41,752 nucleotides of DNA from Ignavibacteria bacterium (lineage in GTDB: Bacteria > Elusimicrobiota > Endomicrobiia > PHAN01): assembly GCA_041694835.1 (NCBI GenBank), contig JBGFRZ010000056.1, positions 1 to 41,752 of the forward strand. Reading direction: 5' to 3'. Shown one piece after another: positions 1 to 9,156 of the stretch (positions within the stretch are counted from its first letter, which is position 1; each line of letters opens with the position of its first letter). The notes under the pieces are model-generated. The model did no database searches. It saw only the letters and a list, made by a program, of their open reading frames with translations, and was not told where the DNA came from. Made by a program: the position numbers and the translations under genes.

Positions 1-116
1 TTGAGAGAAAATTCAGAAATTGAAAGAACTGTCAGCAATTTTTCAAACATAAATTGCTAAACCTACCGGCTAAATGGCGCTGGCTTTGCTAAATACTGAC
101 TTTTTCAACACTCTCA
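1..116 (+). mobile_element. Possible right end of an IS/MITE: terminal repeat ACTTTTTCAACACTCTCA (99-116), preceded by an open frame ending at TAA
   Basis: The 18-mer resembles the right end GGTTTTTCAACAATTTCA of the element at 16021-16198. The window edge hides the rest. Confidence 0.35.
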
Positions 117-142
117 TTATTAAATTAGTCCGCATATGGCGA

Positions 143-1516
143 TTAACCTATCATCCTACGAGAAAGTTTATTCGCCTTTTCGAAGAGTTCTTCCTCGCTT
201 ATGTTGACGAGACTTCCTTTTTCTACAACTATTCTGCCGTTAACTATGACTTTATCCGCAATGTGGCTGTCGCCGCAAAAAACAAGCGCCGAGAGCGGCT
301 CGTGCAAAGCGCCGGCATATCCTATTTTTCTTATGTCAAACAAAGCGATATCCGCCGCCTTGCCGACCTCTATCGAACCTATGTCGTCTCTTCCCAAAAC
401 CTCCGCTCCGCCGCGGGTTGCGATGTAAAAAACATCTTCCGCCGGCATCGAATCGACGCCGGATTTGATTCTATGAACAAGGAGGCACTGCCTCAATTCG
501 CCGAGCATGTCCGACGAGTCATTGGAAGCCGCTCCGTCGACAGCAAGTGAGACGGGGACTCCCGCGTCCATCATTTTTCTAATGGGCGCAATCCCAGAGC
601 CGAGCCGAAGATTTGAAGTCGGACAATGGGCGACTCCTGTTTTTGTTTCTGCCATAAGTTTGATTTCATCGTCGTTCATGTGGACACAGTGAGCGTACCA
701 GACATCGGAGCCGAGCCATCCGACTTTTTCCATGTACGCAAGCGGCCTTGTGCCGTGAAGTTCTTTGCAAAACTCTTCTTCGTCGATAGTCTCGGCAAGA
801 TGCGTATGCAGACGAACTTTTTTCTCACGCGCAAGTATTGCCGTTTCCTTAAGCAACTCGCTTGTAACCGAAAATGGCGAACAAGGCGCTAGCGCCATTC
901 TTATCATCGCATATTTTGAGTCGTCATGAAATTTTTCAATCAAACGTTGACTTTCTTTTATGATTACGTCTTCCGTCTGAACTACGCTATCAGGCGGCAA
1001 TCCACCTTTTGACTTCCCGCGCGACATAGAGCCATGGCAAGGATGAAATCTTATTCCAAGTTCCTGTGCCGCTTTCACTTGTTCATCAATCAGGTCCTTC
1101 GGCTGGCCTTGAGGAAAGACGTAAAACTGGTCGACCGCCGTCGTGCAGCCGGTAAGCAAAAGTTCTCCCAATCCCAATTTTGTGCTCGTATAGACGACTT
1201 CGGGGCCGAGTTTCGCCCAGACATCGTAAAGATATATAAGCCAGTCGAAAAGTTTAGCGTCCTGAACTTCTTTCACATTGCGTGTCAGCGTCTGATACAG
1301 ATGATGGTGGGTGTTTATAAATCCTGGCACGACGACGCAACCCGAAGCGTCGATAATTTTTATTTCGCCGGCCGATTTCCCGACAGTGGACAAAAGATTT
1401 TTTCCAACTTTCTTAATGACATTTTCTTCTATATAGACGTCTCCGCCGTCGATTTTTGTCCTTTGAGCATCCATCGTTGCGATAAGCATCGCGTTTTTAA
1501 TCAATATTTTTGACAT
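143..1516 (-). CDS. Amidohydrolase, 8-oxoguanine deaminase / AtzB-like
   Basis: PGFINTHHHLYQ metal-binding motif, LHTHLAE, AHCVH, HCPTSNLRLGSG and LAVDGAASND; 457 aa. Confidence 0.85.
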   Translation of the reverse strand: MSKILIKNAMLIATMDAQRTKIDGGDVYIEENVIKKVGKNLLSTVGKSAGEIKIIDASGCVVVPGFINTHHHLYQTLTRNVKEVQDAKLFDWLIYLYDVWAKLGPEVVYTSTKLGLGELLLTGCTTAVDQFYVFPQGQPKDLIDEQVKAAQELGIRFHPCHGSMSRGKSKGGLPPDSVVQTEDVIIKESQRLIEKFHDDSKYAMIRMALAPCSPFSVTSELLKETAILAREKKVRLHTHLAETIDEEEFCKELHGTRPLAYMEKVGWLGSDVWYAHCVHMNDDEIKLMAETKTGVAHCPTSNLRLGSGIAPIRKMMDAGVPVSLAVDGAASNDSSDMLGELRQCLLVHRIKSGVDSMPAEDVFYIATRGGAEVLGRDDIGSIEVGKAADIALFDIRKIGYAGALHEPLSALVFCGDSHIADKVIVNGRIVVEKGSLVNISEEELFEKANKLSRRMIG

Positions 1517-1539
1517 ATGGATGTGGTTCGTCGCTTGTT

Positions 1540-1885
1540 AGAGCAGTATCGCAGTAGAGCATGATTGAGTAATGAATAGTAACGAGTAGCGAGGGTTGTT
1601 CCCCCTATCTACTATCTACTGCTCTGTAACGTAAGTTCTTGATAGTGAGCGCATCGAATAGTAAATCCCCATATATTCCCCCTTTAATAAAGGGGGGAAG
1701 GGGGGATTTTTCGTGCCCGTGGTTGCAATGAGAGCAGGGTAGCATTATCAAGGACTAACTTAACAGAACGCTAATTTCTATCAATTTCTACGAATTTCCA
1801 CTTATATCCATTTATATCTTTTTCTATCATCTCTATTTATTCGCTACTATCTACTTTTTGTCATTCGCTATTTGCTAATCGCTGT
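1540..1885. repeat. Intergenic mosaic of 7-mer arrays, a CCCCCTTT-AAT-AAAGGGGG hairpin and 9-mer arrays
   Basis: ctatcta/ctatcta repeats; ccccctttaataaagggggg near 1677-1697; aatttctat/aatttctac/aatttccac repeats near 1773-1800. Confidence 0.6.
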
Positions 1886-1889
1886 CTTT

Positions 1890-3158
1890 TTACGGATAAA
1901 CTCCTCTTAATCTAACCGCTGTTGCCACACGGTTTACCGCAAGAATGTAGGCGGCAAGCCTCATATCGCATTTTTCCTTCTCGGCAATCGCCGCGACGTC
2001 GCTAAAACTTTTTGTCATTATTCTTTTGAGTTCGTTGTCAATATCTTCAAGCCGCCAGAAATGTGACTGCAAATCCTGAACCCACTCGAAATAAGACACC
2101 GTCACACCGCCTGCGTTTGTGAGAATATCCGGCAGAACCATCACGCCGTTGTCGTAAAGTATTTTATCCGCATTGGGAGTGGTCGGCCCGTTGGCGCCTT
2201 CAGCGATGATTTTCGCTTTGATTTTCGCTGCGTTGCGGCTGGTTATTTGATTTTCAAGAGCGCAAGGTGCGAGAATGTCTACTTCCAAACCAAACAGTTC
2301 CTCGTTGGCTTTTTCCGAACCCGCGACGAAATCTCCGACGCTAAAACCTTTTATGCTCTTTGAAGGATTTGTCTTTACATGCTCAAGGAGTTGCGGGATA
2401 TCTATACCTTTTTTGTTAAATAAGCCACCGGAAATATCGGTGACTCCGACAATTTTACATCCAAGTTCGTGCAAAAACTGAGCGGTGGCGCTTCCGACAT
2501 TTCCGAAGCCCTGAATTGAAACAGTGCAGTCGGACGGTTTTATTTTTTTATATTTTAACGCCTCGTTGATGACAAACATGGCGCCTCGTCCTGTGGCTGT
2601 CAGACGCCCCTCGCTGCCGCCGATGTCAATCGGTTTGCCCGTCACGACGCCCGGAGCGGAGTAGCCGACATTCATAGAATAAGTATCCATTATCCACGCC
2701 ATTACCTGTGGATTGGTATTTACATCTGGCGCGGGGATGTCTCTCTCGGGTCCTATTATGATTGAAATCTCGGACGTGTATCTGCGGGTGAGTTTTTCAA
2801 TTTCATAAATAGACATTTTCGTCGGGTCGCAGACGATACCACCTTTCGCTCCGCCGTACGGAATACCGACGACCGAGCACTTCCATGTCATCCACATCGC
2901 AAGCGCCTTTACTTCGTCAAGCGTGACATCGGGATGGTATCTTATTCCGCCTTTGGCCGGGCCTCGTTCTAAATTATGCTGAACGCGGTAACCCTCAAAG
3001 ACCTGCACCGAGCCGTCGTCCATCCTTATCGGAATTGAAACAATCAGCGACCTCTTGCAATGGCGGAGTTTAGCGTGGATGTTTTTGTCGAGATTTATTT
3101 TCTTTGCCACAGCGTCTAACTGCTGGCACGCCATTTCCCAGGGATTGAATTTGCTCAT
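1890..3158 (-). CDS. gdhA: Glutamate dehydrogenase (Glu/Leu/Phe/Val dehydrogenase family)
   Basis: GPAKGGIRYHP, GGAKGG, DIPAPDVNT, GFGNVG, EGANGPTT and NAGGVTVSYFEWVQ motifs; GGAGG RBS. Confidence 0.93.
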   Translation of the reverse strand: MSKFNPWEMACQQLDAVAKKINLDKNIHAKLRHCKRSLIVSIPIRMDDGSVQVFEGYRVQHNLERGPAKGGIRYHPDVTLDEVKALAMWMTWKCSVVGIPYGGAKGGIVCDPTKMSIYEIEKLTRRYTSEISIIIGPERDIPAPDVNTNPQVMAWIMDTYSMNVGYSAPGVVTGKPIDIGGSEGRLTATGRGAMFVINEALKYKKIKPSDCTVSIQGFGNVGSATAQFLHELGCKIVGVTDISGGLFNKKGIDIPQLLEHVKTNPSKSIKGFSVGDFVAGSEKANEELFGLEVDILAPCALENQITSRNAAKIKAKIIAEGANGPTTPNADKILYDNGVMVLPDILTNAGGVTVSYFEWVQDLQSHFWRLEDIDNELKRIMTKSFSDVAAIAEKEKCDMRLAAYILAVNRVATAVRLRGVYP

Positions 3159-3176
3159 TTCTACCTCCGGTGTTAT

Positions 3177-3315
3177 TCACGATAGAAATTCTATTTTATG
3201 TTTTGATTTTTGCGGCGGCGCCATTAGTTGACATATCGCCTCAAAAATAGTTTGGATTTCTACATCATGCTTTGCCATTTTTCTTTCAATGTGCAAGTTT
3301 TTTATGTGTTGAAAG
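3177..3315 (-). pseudogene. Frameshifted C-terminal remnant of an ORF6N-domain protein
   Basis: Reads LSTHKKLAH / IERKMAKHDVEIQTIFEAICQLMAPPQKSKHKIEF*, matching the typical ORF6N protein tail (..LERK..HD.EI..IFEAI.QLM.PP...K..IGF); no 5' part present. Confidence 0.6.
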
Positions 3316-3501
3316 AGCCGTAAATATCCTTTAATTTACCTCAATAGGTTTTTTCTTCTAAAGATTTTATAGGGTCAATAAAAATATCACAATGGAACTC
3401 ATTAATATCTCCCAATAATAAGGTGTCCACATCCCCTTCTTACATCTTTTTCAGTACAAAATGGACATTTATTTTCCATAAAATCCAACCATAGATTAAC
3501 T

Positions 3502-3783
3502 TTATTTCCCAGCGAATTTTAGTTCATGTTTGACACGTTCAGCAAGGTATACTTTCATCAATGACTGATAAGGTATGCCTATCTTGTTAGCAAGCAATTT
3601 TAATTCCTGCATTAGATATACCGGCAATCTTATAGAAGTTGTTTTTTCCGTCGGTTTTAACCTTGTAAAGATAACTCTTTTTCCTTTTGAAATATCAACA
3701 AAATCTGTTAAATTATGTGTTGACCAGAATTTAAATTCTTCACTTCTACTTTTGAATTTGGGTACTCTCTTTAAGTTTTGCAC
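3502..3783 (-). CDS. BrnA-like / CopG RHH antitoxin
   Basis: PKFKS..EE..FW.TH motif and TSIRLP...LK..A...GIPYQSLMK; overlaps the toxin gene. Confidence 0.8.
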   Translation of the reverse strand: MQNLKRVPKFKSRSEEFKFWSTHNLTDFVDISKGKRVIFTRLKPTEKTTSIRLPVYLMQELKLLANKIGIPYQSLMKVYLAERVKHELKFAGK

Positions 3784-4075
3784 GATATGCCTCTCTTTCT
3801 TTCTTACTCATCGGTCTTGCGGATATAATCCGTATTTTATCTTTTCTCATAGTGAATATTACTATAAGTTCTTTTTGTATATCGGTAACACCAAACGCAT
3901 AAAACTGCCTCTCTTGATATTTTTTTTCTAAAATTATTACACCAGCTATGGGTTTATTGAAAAATACTTGTTCACATTCCAGCCATGCTATTTTGTGTTT
4001 GATAAGATTTTTTTCAATATTCCATTTGTCCCAGTCAAACGCTAATGGCAAAGGCGTAATCTCTTTTATGTCCAT
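3746..4075 (-). CDS. BrnT family toxin
   Basis: FDWDKWNIEKNLIKH...ECEQVF...IRIISARPMSKKER. Confidence 0.85.
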   Translation of the reverse strand: MDIKEITPLPLAFDWDKWNIEKNLIKHKIAWLECEQVFFNKPIAGVIILEKKYQERQFYAFGVTDIQKELIVIFTMRKDKIRIISARPMSKKEREAYRAKLKESTQIQK

Positions 4076-4083
4076 ATATAAGC

Positions 4084-4112
4084 ATTATATACAAAATTCA
4101 AACTTTTGTCAA
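4084..4112 (-). promoter_or_regulatory. Consensus sigma70 promoter for brnT-brnA (near-leaderless)
   Basis: TTGACA (4112-4107), 17 bp spacer, TATAAT (4089-4084); ATG at 4075. Confidence 0.75.
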
Positions 4113-4170
4113 GAATGTAAACAATCTATTGAGATTTTTTCGGTGTTTTTTATGGCCGAATTTTTGTTTT

Positions 4171-5544
4171 TTATTCTTTTACAATTTTTGCCCAGAATTT
4201 TTTGGCAAGTTCGCGGGATTTCTCACAAATTAGTTCTTCATTTATGCCTTCAAGTTTTTTCTCTCTCATCAACGTTTTGCCGTTGACGATGACGGTGTCC
4301 ACGGTCGCATCTGCCATTCCAAAAATCAGATGGCCGAGAAAGTTGTCTTTTGTGAGCGGTGTCGGTGGCGTATAATCAAGGACAACCAAATCAGCAACGG
4401 CGCCGACTTCAATTTTACCTAAGCGAACATTTGTTCGGGGCGAACATTTGTTCGGGGCGAACATTTGTTCGGATATTTTTGAGTTGTTTTCGAGCAACAT
4501 CGTCGGAGCTTCGACGAACGCCACTCGCGGGTCTTTTTTGTTGTGCCTGTGAATGAGATAGGCGCATCTCATCTGACTGAGCATGTCGGAAGACATTCCA
4601 TCCGTCCCCAGTCCGACGGTAATGCCTTTTTTAAGCATCGTCAAAACATCGGCACAACCGACGGCATTGTTCATGTTGGATTCAGGGTTGTGGACGGCGT
4701 TTGTGCCTGTGTCTTTCATTATGTTCATCTCTTTTTCGTCGATATGAATGCAGTGGATAAGCGATGTTTTTGGTCCGAGCGCTCCGAATTTATTGAGCCG
4801 TTCTACAACTCTCATTCCATATTTTTTGATGGAGTCATCTTCGTCAGCCATGTCCTCGGCGCAATGGATGTGAAGTCCCACATTGAATTTTTTTGCAAGT
4901 TCTACATGTGCTTTTAGTGTGTCATTGTTGACGGTGAAAAGGGCGTGGAGTCCGACCATCCCTGTAACAAGTTGAGAGTTTAGAGTTGAGAGTTTAGAGA
5001 GAAAACGCTCATTTTCTTTCAGTCCTTCTTTGCCTTTGTTATATCTGTCCGAACTCCCGAAACAGAGGCAGGCGCGGATGCCTATTTCTTCGACGGCTTT
5101 TTGAATCGGGTCAAGCGAGCCGACTTGAAATCCCTGCGACTCGTGGTGGTCTATTATCGCGGTTGTTCCATTTTTGACGCATTCAATCAAGGGTATCAGT
5201 GATGAATAATAGATGTCCTCTTCGGTTAAAATTCTGTCGAGTTTCCACCAGAGTTTTTCGAGAACCTCTGTGAAATTTTTTGCTGGCTCGCCCGGTATAT
5301 ACATCCCGCGGGCGAATGTGGAATATAGGTGATGGTGTGCGTTTATGAAACCGGGGAGGATTATTTTTTTCTTTGCGTCTATGATTTTAAGATTGATTTT
5401 ATCGGCTTCAGTTTTGAAAACTTTAGACCTCACATCGTCGGTTTTGCCGATGTCTTTTATTAATCCGTCCCCAAACAACACTCCGCCGTTTTCAATGACA
5501 TCCGACGGCGTAATCACCGTTCCGTTGCACAACAAAGTAAGCAT
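4171..5544 (-). CDS. ssnA: Putative aminohydrolase SsnA
   Basis: PGFINAHHHLYSTFARG, LEKLWWKLD, IIDHH, HNPESNMNNAVG, GLGTDG; ATG at 5544 follows GGAGG. Confidence 0.85.
   Translation of the reverse strand: MLTLLCNGTVITPSDVIENGGVLFGDGLIKDIGKTDDVRSKVFKTEADKINLKIIDAKKKIILPGFINAHHHLYSTFARGMYIPGEPAKNFTEVLEKLWWKLDRILTEEDIYYSSLIPLIECVKNGTTAIIDHHESQGFQVGSLDPIQKAVEEIGIRACLCFGSSDRYNKGKEGLKENERFLSKLSTLNSQLVTGMVGLHALFTVNNDTLKAHVELAKKFNVGLHIHCAEDMADEDDSIKKYGMRVVERLNKFGALGPKTSLIHCIHIDEKEMNIMKDTGTNAVHNPESNMNNAVGCADVLTMLKKGITVGLGTDGMSSDMLSQMRCAYLIHRHNKKDPRVAFVEAPTMLLENNSKISEQMFAPNKCSPRTNVRLGKIEVGAVADLVVLDYTPPTPLTKDNFLGHLIFGMADATVDTVIVNGKTLMREKKLEGINEELICEKSRELAKKFWAKIVKE
4424..4471. repeat. Three tandem copies (17 bp period) of the palindrome CGAACATTTGTTCG inside ssnA
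   Basis: Copies at 4424-4437, 4441-4454 and 4458-4471, separated by GGG. Confidence 0.9.
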
Positions 5545-5720
5545 AAAAACCTCCGATTGCAATCAAACTTTCTATATATTAGACTTCATCGCAATTTTAC
5601 TATTTTTTGCATTTTTTACCACTTGCCGAATTTTTTAACAGCATTGCCACACACAATTATTTTGTCATTATATTGCTTAATGCTTTTTATTTTGTCAAAA
5701 AGCAAACCAATCACCTAAAT

Positions 5721-6479
5721 TTATTTTTGTCTGTATTTAGCTACTCTTGAAGCGATTAAAAAAGCCAAAGCGGCGGCACCGAAACCATTGTCTATATTGA
5801 CCACGGCAAGACCCGGCGAGCACGACTGCAACATCGTCAAAAGCGGCGCAATTCCACCGGCGCCTATTCCGTATCCGACCGAAGTCGGCACGCCGATGAC
5901 CGGCAAATTTACCAACCCTTTGACTGTAATCGGAAGGACAGCATCCATTCCCGCAACTACTATGATGACATCGACCTCTTTTTTGAGCATCTCTTTCAGT
6001 GGCTCTATCGCCCGATGGGCGCCCGCGATGCCCACATCGTAGGATGTGAGTACTTTGCATCCCATTTCTTCTGCTATAACGCGCGATTCTTCCGCCACGC
6101 CGATATCAGCGGTGCCGGCAGTAATTAGACCTATTTTTCCGTCGATTTTGCAGGTTTTATATCCTTTCTTTTCGACTATAACCACGCATGCTTCGGGATA
6201 AAACCTAAAAATAAATCCTTTCGGAATGGATTTCTTTATTTTTTTTGCAAGTTTTTCGTCAACCTTTGTGGCGATTGCCCTGCCTTTGCTCGTCGCCATA
6301 CGGATTATACATTTAACCGCCCATGACGGTTTTTTACTCCCGGCAAGAACCACTTCGGGAATGCCTGTTCTTTCATCGCGACAAACATCAAGTTTTGCTA
6401 AATTATCTATAAACTCCAATTTGAACTTGTCGAGTATTTCCGGGATTTGGTTTTCATTTTCCATTTTTTTCGTTTTCAT
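5721..6479 (-). CDS. larB: Nickel-pincer cofactor biosynthesis protein LarB (PurE-like)
   Basis: R..RTGIPEVV, AGTADIGVAEE, DVGIAG, VAGMD, VIGVPTSVGYG, VVNIDNGFGAA. Confidence 0.88.
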   Translation of the reverse strand: MKTKKMENENQIPEILDKFKLEFIDNLAKLDVCRDERTGIPEVVLAGSKKPSWAVKCIIRMATSKGRAIATKVDEKLAKKIKKSIPKGFIFRFYPEACVVIVEKKGYKTCKIDGKIGLITAGTADIGVAEESRVIAEEMGCKVLTSYDVGIAGAHRAIEPLKEMLKKEVDVIIVVAGMDAVLPITVKGLVNLPVIGVPTSVGYGIGAGGIAPLLTMLQSCSPGLAVVNIDNGFGAAALAFLIASRVAKYRQK

Positions 6480-7911
6480 CGATTATATCCGTAATCTCCT
6501 TTTTAAACACTTCGCCTCTGTGTTCAAAACTATTGAACATATCAAAACTGGCGCAAGCGGGCGAAAGCAACACCACGCCACCCGCCGATGAATTGGACAC
6601 TTCTTCAAAAGACACGCGAACCGCTTCTTTCATATCGGCGGCTTTTTTTACCTGCACTATTCCCCTTAACGCCGAGCCAATTTTATCGGTTGCTTCTCCA
6701 ATCAAAACCACAAGTTTAATTTTATTTTTTATCGGAGCCAACAATTTTGAAAAATCGCCGCCCTTGTCCTTTCCGCCCATTATCAGTGCCACTTCTTTGG
6801 AGGAATTGAGAGACATTATCGCCTTTAACACAGAGTCAACATTGGTCGCTTTTGAGTCGTTGATAAAATCCACTCGGTTAAAACTTGCCACTTTTTCCAT
6901 TCTGTGAGGCAATCCTTTGAAACTTTTTAGCCCCGAACGGATAAGAGAAATGTCCAGTCCTTCCAGCAAAACAGGGAGTGACGCTGCAAGAACATTTTCT
7001 ATGTTGTGAAGTCCAATTAAGTGTAAATCCGCTAAGTTAAAAAATGGTAAAGTTGTTTTTCCGTCGTGAAAAATAAAATCGTCGCCTTGCAAAAAAGTTC
7101 CATTCGTCACCTGCGTCCTTCGGGAAAACCAATACTTTTGTCCTCGCTGTATATTATGAAAATATTTTTTTGACAGAGCGTCGTCAAAATTCATAATGAC
7201 TTTGTCATCTGATATGAGATTCTTAAATATATTTTTTCTCGTCTTAATATACTGAGCCATCGAAGGATAACGGTCGAGATGGTCCTCGCTTATGTTTGTA
7301 AGAATGACATAATCACTTCTAAAAGTTTTTATTTCTTCAAGTTGAAAACAAGAAACCTCAACTACGGCATAAGAATCGGGCTTGATGTCCTCGGCAAAAC
7401 TTATAAACGGCACACCAATGTTTCCTAAAAGATAACTCTTTTTGCCGGCAGTTGTGAAGAGATGATGGACGAGTTCTGTGGTGGTTGACTTTCCATTTGT
7501 GCCGGTTATGGCGACGATTTTCCCTCTACAAAACCTGAACGCCAGTTCAATTTCGGAAATAACTTCTTTTCCGTCGCAGTCAAGCTTTTTAAACTGCGGA
7601 TACTTAAATCTGCTTATGCCGGGACTCATTACAATAAGAGCCGAACGAGCAATCTCATTAAAATCAAAAGGGCCAAAGTTATATTTCACCCCGTTAGAAG
7701 TCCGATGTAGTTCAAGAACTACATCGGCATCCCGACTTTTGTCGGGATTACTTCTAACGGGGCAAGCTCCTTCTTTTAACTGCCCGTGGGCACTTTTCGG
7801 TTTTTCGTCGAAAACTGTGATGTTCGCTCCCTTTTTCAGGAGAAAATCCACCACCGCTTTACCCGTCAAAGCAAATCCTATAATTGATATTTTTTTACCT
7901 TTTAATTGCAT
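6454..7911 (-). CDS. murD: UDP-N-acetylmuramoyl-L-alanine--D-glutamate ligase, with an in-frame palindromic insertion
   Basis: SPGI, SEIELA, AITGTNGKSTT, GNIG, DHLDRY, GLPHRME, NDSKATN, GGKDKG, LLSPACASFDMF. Confidence 0.95.
   Translation of the reverse strand: MQLKGKKISIIGFALTGKAVVDFLLKKGANITVFDEKPKSAHGQLKEGACPVRSNPDKSRDADVVLELHRTSNGVKYNFGPFDFNEIARSALIVMSPGISRFKYPQFKKLDCDGKEVISEIELAFRFCRGKIVAITGTNGKSTTTELVHHLFTTAGKKSYLLGNIGVPFISFAEDIKPDSYAVVEVSCFQLEEIKTFRSDYVILTNISEDHLDRYPSMAQYIKTRKNIFKNLISDDKVIMNFDDALSKKYFHNIQRGQKYWFSRRTQVTNGTFLQGDDFIFHDGKTTLPFFNLADLHLIGLHNIENVLAASLPVLLEGLDISLIRSGLKSFKGLPHRMEKVASFNRVDFINDSKATNVDSVLKAIMSLNSSKEVALIMGGKDKGGDFSKLLAPIKNKIKLVVLIGEATDKIGSALRGIVQVKKAADMKEAVRVSFEEVSNSSAGGVVLLSPACASFDMFNSFEHRGEVFKKEITDIIDENEKNGK
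7685..7766. mobile_element. Palindromic mini-element (CCCCGTTAG...CTAACGGGG family) inserted in frame in murD
   Basis: Terminal inverted repeat CCCCGTTAGAAGT / ACTTCTAACGGGG enclosing two hairpins; translates as ACPVRSNPDKSRDADVVLELHRTSNGVK. Confidence 0.85.
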
Positions 7912-9113
7912 AAAATTTTTTCAAGCAACTCTATTCGGGGTTCTATGGAGATACTTTCGTCGAGCACTTTCATAGCGGAATCTATGTCTTTGAGCCCGCT
8001 GCCAGTTATCAAACAGACAACTTTTTCGTTGTCTTTGATTCTGCCCGCATCGTACAATTTTTTATATCCGGCATAACTTGCCGCCGCAGCAGGCTCTGTA
8101 AATACTCCTGCTTTTTGGGCAATAATTTTAATTGCACTCAATATCTCTCCATCTGAAACCTCAACCGCTTCTCCACCCGACTCCGTTACCGCTTTTACCG
8201 CAGCAAGACCGTCTCGGGGCATGTCAACGTTTATGGAATCCGCTACTGTGGTCGCTTTTACGGGTTTGATTTTTTGTCCTGTTTTGATTGCTGTCGCTAT
8301 GGCATTGCTTAACTCCGACTGAACCGCTATCAACTGCGGAAGTTTGTCTATCAGACCAAGCATTTTTAAATCCCGAAAACCTTTTCCTATTCCGCTGATG
8401 ATATTGCCATCACCGACGGGAACAAATATTTTATCGGGAACACTAAATCCGAGTTGTTCCCATACTTCATAAGAACCCGTCTTCATTCCTTCCCGCGTGT
8501 AAGGGTTGTATCCTGTGGAACGATTATACCACTTATATTTTTCCGACGCTTCCAAGCAAAGGTCATAAGCATCATCATAATTTCCTTTCACCTTGATTAT
8601 CTTGGCGCCGAATATGGATATCTGCGCCATTTTTGCTCTTGGGGCGTTTTCGGGGACAAAAATCACTGCTCTTATTTGAGCGTTTGCGGCAAGGCACGAC
8701 ATTGAGGAACCGGCGTTTCCCGTCGAGGCGCAGCATATAACTTCATGTCCTTCTTTTAAGGCAATCATTAACGGAACGGCGCTTTCTCTGTCCTTGAAAG
8801 AACAACTCGGATTTCTCCCGTCATCTTTCAGATATAAATTGTTTCCCAATGATTTCGCTTCGTATAGCGGCGTCCATCCAATTTTAAGTTTAAGCGATGA
8901 AACGAATTTTTCATCGACGGGCAAAATAGGAAGATATCGCCATATGGAGTAGTCGGTGTTTTTAGCGAGATAAAATTTGTTGAATATTTTTTTTATTCGT
9001 CCATAGTCGTAGAGCACATCCAAATTTTCTTTGCACTCGGGACAATTATAGAGATTTATTTTTTCATATTCTTTACCGCAACCGATACACTTTAAAATTT
9101 TTACTTTACTCAT
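7902..9113 (-). CDS. thrC: Threonine synthase-like PLP enzyme (fold type II)
   Basis: N-terminal CxxC..CxxC, NPSCSFKDR (PLP lysine), ASTGNAG, VPVGDGNI, EPAAAA, ITGSGLKD. Confidence 0.75.
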   Translation of the reverse strand: MSKVKILKCIGCGKEYEKINLYNCPECKENLDVLYDYGRIKKIFNKFYLAKNTDYSIWRYLPILPVDEKFVSSLKLKIGWTPLYEAKSLGNNLYLKDDGRNPSCSFKDRESAVPLMIALKEGHEVICCASTGNAGSSMSCLAANAQIRAVIFVPENAPRAKMAQISIFGAKIIKVKGNYDDAYDLCLEASEKYKWYNRSTGYNPYTREGMKTGSYEVWEQLGFSVPDKIFVPVGDGNIISGIGKGFRDLKMLGLIDKLPQLIAVQSELSNAIATAIKTGQKIKPVKATTVADSINVDMPRDGLAAVKAVTESGGEAVEVSDGEILSAIKIIAQKAGVFTEPAAAASYAGYKKLYDAGRIKDNEKVVCLITGSGLKDIDSAMKVLDESISIEPRIELLEKILCN

Positions 9114-9156
9114 TTTCGTATAGTGTCTATTGAGTTTTTCCTCGTTTTATACGCTA

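Noticed and set aside
74-1513. Plus-strand ORFs (74..550, 1034..1513 and similar ones across the window, e.g. 14856..15512)
   Set aside because: They are antisense shadows of well-supported minus-strand genes and have no recognisable motifs.
4424-4471. CRISPR array
   Set aside because: The repeats are 14 bp with invariant 3-bp GGG linkers, have no unique spacers, lie inside a CDS, and no cas genes are present.
5667-5698. sigma70 promoter for ssnA (TTGACA...TATAAT)
   Set aside because: The spacer is 20 bp, outside the normal 16-18 range, so it was not called.
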